In this document: one piece after another, positions 55,901 through 64,000 of the stretch
Layout of the letters: every line of letters begins with the position of its first letter
How positions within the stretch are numbered: the stretch's first letter is position 1
Source of the DNA: Chrysomallon squamiferum
Lineage: Eukaryota > Animalia > Mollusca
Reading direction: 5' to 3'
DNA length: 64,000 nucleotides
Assembly: GCA_012295275.1 (NCBI GenBank)
Contig: CM022665.1
Coordinates: 17,918,001 to 17,982,000 of the forward strand
Program-made: the position numbers and the translations under genes
Notes under the pieces: model-generated
The model's input: the letters and a program-made list of their open reading frames with translations, nothing else
Told to the model about the DNA's origin: nothing
Databases searched by the model: none

Positions 55901-56489
55901 TACCTAATTATTTTTAAAATAAATATAGCAAAAAATTTTTTTTTTTTTTTTTTTAAATTAACAATAAAATATATAAATAAATAAATAAATAAATAAAAAA
56001 TGTTGATAATGCACATTTGTTTTCTAAATGTTGATGTTTTCTGATATTTTGAAAAACATTTATTCATTTGTTCTTTTATTTTTACATTCATTCTTTAATT
56101 TTAGTTTTCATTTGTTAGTTCATTTTTTCATTGAATCAATCGTTATTCACACTGTCATGAATTCATTAGCATTTATGTGTTTGTCTATGTGTATGTATGT
56201 ATATATACACACCAAAATAAAAATCAGTTTAATTACCTTGTAGATATGAATACACACACATCAACATACGCTGATATAAATGTACATACATATACACACA
56301 CAAACAAAATATACATAGCTTATATTTCAGTTATTTACATAGATGTGTTTTAAACAATATTTTCATTTTTACAATGTTTATTTAAACTGGAATCTAATTC
56401 ATAATATATGAATTATATTTTACACATTTATTAAGTTTTAACTTTCTTGTTTATTGAATTTATTATTCTTTTCATCATCATCATTGTTG

Positions 56490-56553
<64 letters not shown>

Positions 56554-58061
56554 CATCATCATCATTATCATTACTGCTACTACAACAGGTTTTTTTTAAA
56601 TTAATATTTATATATTGTACTTGTTTAACTTGCTTCCAATCAAACATGTTAACAGTGATAAAAGTGTTTGTAAAGGGAGTTAATTCTTTATTTATGCATT
56701 TGGTGTAAATGAAACCACTGTTTGAGTTTTCATATCTAATGCCATAAATCAGAAGTAACATTCTGGAGGATAGTACACTTAACAAAAAATAAAAAATTAA
56801 TAATTAATTAATTAATGATGGCTGTATTTATAAACAGAATAATTTGTCTGGAACACAGTACAATTGAAGTGGATTAATATAAATTGTAATGAGACTTTAT
56901 GTTAATATTTTCATAATAAAAACAAAACAATAGCAAGAAATGCTAATTACTAATTAAGTCATAGAATGAAATGAAAATAATAAAATAAAATAATTATTAA
57001 ATTAAATTAAAATAAATAAAAGTAGGGTAAAGTAAAATAAAATAAAGTAAATTGAAAATAAATGAAATAAAGTAAAATGAAATAAAATATATAATATATA
57101 ATATTTAAAAAGAACAAAAACAATATTATGATAAAAGTCGAATTGTAAATATTACTTAACAAAAAAAGTAAAACAAATAAAAATTCTAAACTATACCGTG
57201 GATAATTCAAAAACAGTTGTTTAGATAATAGTATATTTTTTCAGCTTTAACTAAGTTAGTGGGATTCTATAAACACCTGCTTATGCTGATGCATTATTCA
57301 TGAGATGTTTCTATTACAATATTCAAATAAGTTTATGAATATTCATATAAATACCATAATCAAGACATCAACTTCAGTAAGATTAAAGACTTGAGAACGA
57401 GATCAAACAGAAGAAGGAACCAAGTAGTCAATTAACCATGAACAGTTTTACAGAAAATATCATCTGCCACAGTCAAATAGTGGTAACTAGAACATTGCAG
57501 CCATTGCTAAGTGATTGGTTATCATAGGCTGTGGTTCGTGTTTTACTACTAGCGAGAAGGTTTATCTAAAATGTTTCTTATTGCTAAGTACTATTTAAAT
57601 ACAGTTCAGTTAACAACACATATCCTAATATACTCAGTCACTCATTTGTTAACTCATTTATTTACTCACTTCCTGATTCTCTCAAATAGAGATATTATCT
57701 ACATTTACTCACATCAGCCATTCAGTTATTTATCACCTTGCCCACTGATAAACCTCCTGTTCTGATATTCACAGTTATATATATAAATTTATTTCATAGA
57801 TAGATAGATACAGAATAGATATAGATACATATATATATAGATAGATATAGATGGAATTAGATACAGATATATAGATATATATGTACTAAAAAATACAAAA
57901 CTTCTCAAAATGTGCATTTAAATAACATAAATACTTACATGCACATATAGTCACTCACTTGCAAACAGACACATGTACATATGCACTTACATACTCATAC
58001 CATTGTGTGTGTGTGTGTGTGTGTACTAGCTGTAAACAACAGAAACAAAGTTATTATGCAC

Positions 58062-58170
<109 letters not shown>

Positions 58171-58449
58171 TACCACTCTGTCTCACACTGACATACACTA
58201 GCTGTATATATCAGACACAAAGTGTGTAATAAAACTGATATCTGTGACTGGTCACATCTGTTTCATCTCAGACTCAGAACTGAATTTCTTCTTCTCTATC
58301 TAACATCACCTCAACATGTTCCTGATAACAACACAAACTTTACACTTCAAACTCACTTGTACACTGTTAGTATCACTTTCAGAAACAAACCATCAACTCC
58401 ACAACATAGGAGATTAAAACCATTACTCCATTTCTTTTCTCTAACCTTC

Positions 58450-59065
58450 TTCCATACTAACTTGACTAATTCTATTATCAACCAACATAGTCTAACTATC
58501 TAACACAGCATAACTCATTCCTTAACACACGAATAGAACCTATTTCTTTCTATAAAACACAAAACTAATTTTATAATCCAGCAACACAACCTGATTTTTC
58601 TAACACAACATGACTAACTCATACTGGAACATATCTATGGACTGTAATTCTGTAACATACTAACACAACACTAACTAATTCTATAATACACCAACAGTCT
58701 AATTATCTAACACAACATAACTCATTCCTTAACATATCTGTAGAACCCAATTCTCTGTCACACTGATACATTAATAACTTTCCAACATACTAACACTAGT
58801 CTAATTAATTCTCTAACATGCTAACACTGTCCCAGTTCTCTAACATACTAACACAATATAATTATCTAACACACTAGCACTAGCCTAATTTACCTTAAAA
58901 CAACACTAATTATCTGAAATACTAATACTAGCCTAATTTTCTAATATACTAGCTTAACATGAGTATCTAACATACAAACACTAACCTATTTCCCTAAAAT
59001 ACCAACACAACACTAATTGCTCAATATACTAACACTAGTAACGCTAGCCTAATTCTCTAACATAC
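58450..59065 (+). repeat. Decayed CTAAC/ACTAAY-rich tandem repeat with a ~207-bp internal duplication
   Basis: TACTAAC at 58455, 58658, 58788, 58846 and 59027, plus many CTAAC/CTAAT. agtctaa.tatctaacaca.cataactcattccttaac occurs at ~58490 and ~58697. Confidence 0.8.
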
Positions 59066-62000
59066 TTTAATTACATAAGGTAATATAAGAGTTTTTCATT
59101 ATTAATGATTTTTTTTGTGGGAAAAAGCAGCCTTACCCAACATTTTTGCCACTGCTTTTTCTACAAAAATAATCTATAAAACTTAAAATGATTTTAACGG
59201 TCTATCACTCTAGTGGTGAAGGTTTTTATGGGGAAGCTACAACCCTCCCCAAAATTCTGACACTGCATATTGTGTCATACATTTTCTAAGCAGAAGAGAA
59301 TTTTAAACATTTGTTACTGATTATGTTGGCTTTTAAGGATAAGCCTCAACCTACCCCTAAATTCTGACCCTGAATCTTCAACCAATCCTTTTTTTTTTCT
59401 TCTTTTTTTTTTTTTATAAAAGATAGTTTATCAAACACTCAGAATATTATCTTTATTATGGAGAATTTCCATTATCACCAATGAAGAGAATTATCGTAAA
59501 TTGAAGAGTGTTATCATAAAGATAAATTTCATTTTTGCTGAAATGAAGATTTTTTATCACTAGAAAGACGAACTTCATTATAAAGTAAAATTCTTTTAAA
59601 ACCCTCCAAAGATGTGATATTAGTGATCTGAGTTGTATGTGACTTTATTTATTTATTTATATTTATATTTATGTTTATATTTATCTATTTATTTATTTAT
59701 TTATTTATATTTATGTTTATATTTATATTTATTTTTATTTTTATTTTAATTTCAGAAGTAAACTTTTTTGTAAATTATAAAAATAATAATAATTACAAAA
59801 AACTACATATCTTTTATCAATAAAATGTATTAAATTTTTAAAAACAAACTTTTTATTTAATAATTTAATTAAAATTTCTAAATATTTCTAGTAATAGTAA
59901 AAAGAAAAGAAAAGAAAAGAAAAAATCCAGTTAAAATTCTAAAAATTACTTTTTTATTTCAAAATCTTAATTTATTTTTAAAGTTTATAATATCAGCAAA
60001 AAAAAAAAACCCAATTAAATTTATTTTTTAAAAGAACATTTTTAATTAATAAAGTAAATAATTAAAATAATTCAAGTACAATTTTCTTATCAATGAAAAT
60101 ACATTAAATTTCTAAAAATAAGTTTTTGATCTTTAAAAACTGAAGTTAGTTTCTTTCTAATGTCATTTTAGTGTTTTATTAAATTAAATTTTATTATAAG
60201 ATATTTCTGATAAGATATTTTTGATCTAAAATTGTTAATGCTTGCTGAAAAGATCTGAGTTTCCCAAAATAAGATTCTGAGTATAAAAACAGGAAGAAGA
60301 TTGAAGTGAAAATAGCAGGGAATATATTACTAGACATCAGATGTTTTATATTCATTCAGCTGACATTGGCAGATAACAAACCTCTCTGTAATGTTTTCAG
60401 AATTATACTATTGCCCTTTTTATATTTGTTCTTCTTTTTTAAATTTGATATTTGTTTTTTGTTGTGTGTGTGTGTGTGTGCGCGTGGGTGCATGTGCATG
60501 CGTGCAGGGTTTGTACTTTTTTTATTTTTTGCCTGGGATAAATAAACAAAAAAAATCTCTTTTACATATTCATAATTATAGTATTGCTGTTTGTTTATAT
60601 ATGTATGTGTATGTCAGTATATCTACACACTCACACACACACACATACTGTTTAGTTTTTTCTTATGGAATTCAAGATTATTAATTATTATTATTATTAC
60701 TGTTATTGTTGTTGGCATTATTACTGGTACTACTGTTACTACTACTTCTACTACTACTATTACTATTATTCTGCTACTACTTTTACTACTACTACTATTT
60801 TTATGCTTTTATTATTATTAATTTTATATTTTATCATTTTATTATTATTATTATTGTTGTTGTTTTGTTGTTATGTAATCCATGACAAACTATATTTCAG
60901 TGGTTAAGCTTTATCCCATTCCTGTCAGGGCCACATAAACAGATGATCAAATATTTTCACCTGTCTATGGGAAGGCAAAAATATAAAACTTTCTTACTAC
61001 TAAATGATGAAAATAGGTTATGTATTGGTTCCTGCCATCATTACACAAAACTCATTTGAAATCTGATACAACAAACTCTGTGGAATGATTAAATATTTAG
61101 TTTGCTTTTTTTATTAGAAGTAATTTTATAACACTACCGAGAATTTAATGTAAAATGTATTACACATGGTAATAGAGCTTACATATCATGATTGTAGAGA
61201 GAGAGAGAGAGAGACAGAGAGAGAGAGTCAGGCAGAGAGAGAGAGAGAGAGAGAGATTGAAAGAAGGCACAGACAGACAGAGAGATGGAGATATAAAGAG
61301 ATAAAAAGATAAACTGATAGATAGACAGACAGAAAGACAGATAGAGAGACAGCTATTATTATATTAAAAATATTGTTGTACTACAGGTCAAATGCTATGC
61401 TGTGAATTATATAAATTATTTATTATTGTCATGGCAGACATTATAAATCAACCTATAAATATTTTTATATGCTAAGCCTTAGACTGTACCCTCTGTTCAA
61501 AAATGTTGAATCTGCCCTTGTAAAAATTTACAATATTCATGTAATCCTTATCAATATTTCATGTCAAACAATCTCACTGTAATTACATTTTATTTTTATT
61601 ATTCTATTATCAGATAACCAGAATAATTTGAGACGTTCTCATTTAATCCGTTATTGAATTAAACATGTAAATTTTCTTTTTAGGTTTATCTCTGAATATC
61701 TCACTCTGAATGTACTAACTCTGTTGCAGATTAGAGGAATTAAAATAAATGTTTAAATATTTGCATTGCTTAAACATTATCACTATGTTCTGTTACCAGC
61801 AGATCAATTAAAAAGATATACATGTAACTTTGTGGAGTATGTTTGCATGTTGAAATGTAGAAATGACGAATGTTGGTTGCATTGATTATGTACTCAGCAC
61901 TTTGCTCTTGCACTTTCTGTCTTTCTCTTTCTCTTTCCTTCTCTCTCTTTGTTTTCTAACTGTTCCTCCTAATTCTCTGTCATGTTCTCTGTCTTTACTT

Positions 62001-63144
62001 TGCTCTCTCTCTCTCATAATTTATATGTTTTACTTCCCACCAGAGTATGACAACACAGGAAGTCATACTTTTTAGACTGAATTTTTCTATAAAAGTATGT
62101 AAAAGAATCAAATTAATATATTAATGTTTAGCAAATGTCAGCAGTATGTGCTAAAAACTTTTGTATATATAGAATATTAAAATGAATATTTTTAATATTT
62201 AAGTTTGAGGATCTGTTTTGTTCAGCTTACTCAAAAATGCAGCAAAAATAAATTAGTAAATAAATAAATAAATACTACTAATAATAATCATAAAAATATT
62301 AAAAAACAAAATTAGTAATAGTAGTAATAATAACAACAATAATAATACTTTACAAAAAACATTCTGCTAGTAAACAGATACAGATATTATACACTGAGAA
62401 AATATTATTAACATTCAAAAAAATGTCTCTCTCAAATTTCAGTATTAATCACAAACTATAATCCTTGCCCCTTTAATAGTTTTATCTTTTCTAACGGTAT
62501 TTCACAGTGTGATTACCAAGTACTCTGGTTTTAAAGGACAATGCTTTAAGATATAAAAGATAAACAACTGATATACATGAAGATACAACACAGGAATATA
62601 TATATAAATACATATAAATACAGAGAGAGAAAGAGAGAGAGAGAAGTTACATCATTATATCTTAGCTGTAAATGAATTTCCACTAAAAGAGTTTAACAAT
62701 ATCCTAACAGTGAAAGAGTTAACATCCAGTATATTAAATCTGACTTAAACTAAGTGTTGGCAGTGATAGGGTTAACCTTTAGCCTGTTAACTGTTACTTA
62801 ACCCTAATTGTTAGCATTACTTTCTGATGTACATGGGGGTATTAGTGTAATGGGCTGAGAGATGCTATTACACCCGCTGGGGATAATTACTGAGTTTATC
62901 TTTACTGTTATGTATCCTTCTACCTGTATGCTGAACATAACTGTGTAAGTTGATAATTGGAACACTTAGAAATCAGTAACAGGAGACGAAAAAAATTCCA
63001 GATTCTTTGTTGGCAGAAAATGTTGTAGAAAAAAAAATGGCTACGAGAATTAAGAATGTTGAAAATTTGTGTAGTATTATTTTATGTTGTTTAAATTATC
63101 TTGTGTTGTTTTTAATTAATTTAATTAATTACAATTATCCCATA

Positions 63145-63850
63145 AGTAATTTTATTTCAATACAGAATAATATAAGATATCATGTTTAAATAACAGCAAT
63201 GTGTAAATTGAAACTATAACAAATGTGTTTAATTAACGGCAATTACATCTAATTAGTTTTATTTCACTACAGAATAAAATATATCACTTTTTAATAACAA
63301 CAGTATGCACACTCAAACAGTATAATGAATATGTTTAATTAACAACTGTTAGTAAGTAATTAATATTATTTCACTTTAGAATAAAAGATATCACTTTTTA
63401 ATAACTATATATTATACAAACTCAGAAAGTATGCCAAATTAATAACAGCAGTGTTTAATTTAGAACAATTAATTAATTTTATTTCACCTCATAATATTAC
63501 TTTTTAGTAACTACATACTGTTACAAACTCTCACAAAATTAATAATGACAGTGTTTAATTAACAACAATTAAAAAATAATCAATACCATTTCACTATAAA
63601 ATAATACTTTTTAAAAGCCACCTATTTTACAAATTTAGAAAGTATACAAAGTTAATAATGGCAGTGAGTGTTTAGTTAACAACAATTAAAAAATAATTAA
63701 TATTATTTCACTTTGAAATATAAAATATTGCTTTTGATTAACCACATATTTTACAAATTTAGAAAGTATACTTAATTAATACTGACAGTTTAATTAATAA
63801 TAATTAATTTTATTTCACTAGGGAATGTAAGGTATCACTTTTTAATAACC
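63145..63850. repeat. Decayed ~110-bp tandem repeat, about 7 copies
   Basis: tttatttca..agaataaa..tatcactttttaataac..gtgtttaattaac anchors near 63151, 63257, 63367, 63478, 63588, 63702 and 63809. Confidence 0.85.
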
Positions 63851-64000
63851 CACTCTCAGTACAGTCTCAGACAGGATAACGCAGAGATACAATTAGTCTG
63901 TTTATCAGAGAGTACTGCACATCACAAAATCATTTATCAAATTGCTAAACATACTGAGTAGGTAAGAAAAAATCTACAGCAATTTCCCAGCTCAGTTCTG

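Noticed and set aside
61488-61521. MITE right end resembling ..ggatccgcccctg
   Set aside because: Too degenerate, and no matching left end found.

Overview
AT-rich, microsatellite-dense animal DNA, consistent with intronic or intergenic sequence of an invertebrate. The LINE relic and repeat style suggest a mollusc or other lophotrochozoan, but that is inference. I find no intact protein-coding gene, rRNA, intact tRNA or CRISPR array, and almost every supplied ORF is a translation of a micro- or minisatellite. The one solid protein signal is a dead CR1/L2-type LINE reverse-transcriptase fragment (7737-8515), with a possible RTE-type scrap near 38.0 kb. The dominant structure is a head-to-tail segmental array at about 11.9-24.9 kb: one older diverged copy plus three near-identical ~3.55-kb units. 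Their junctions fall in a 56-bp minisatellite that is chimeric in the internal units, which looks like an unequal-crossover record. Each unit carries a TTAGGG-led 31-bp minisatellite, a Rel/NF-kB-like site and small hairpins. Elsewhere there is a microsatellite-bounded ~215-bp element repeated 39.34 kb apart, about ten independent decayed tandem repeats (one rich in TACTAAC branch-point motifs), a CpG-rich/CpG-poor mosaic, and several motif-dense enhancer-like islands. I cannot support a new biological system from sequence alone; the findings are leads with stated tests.
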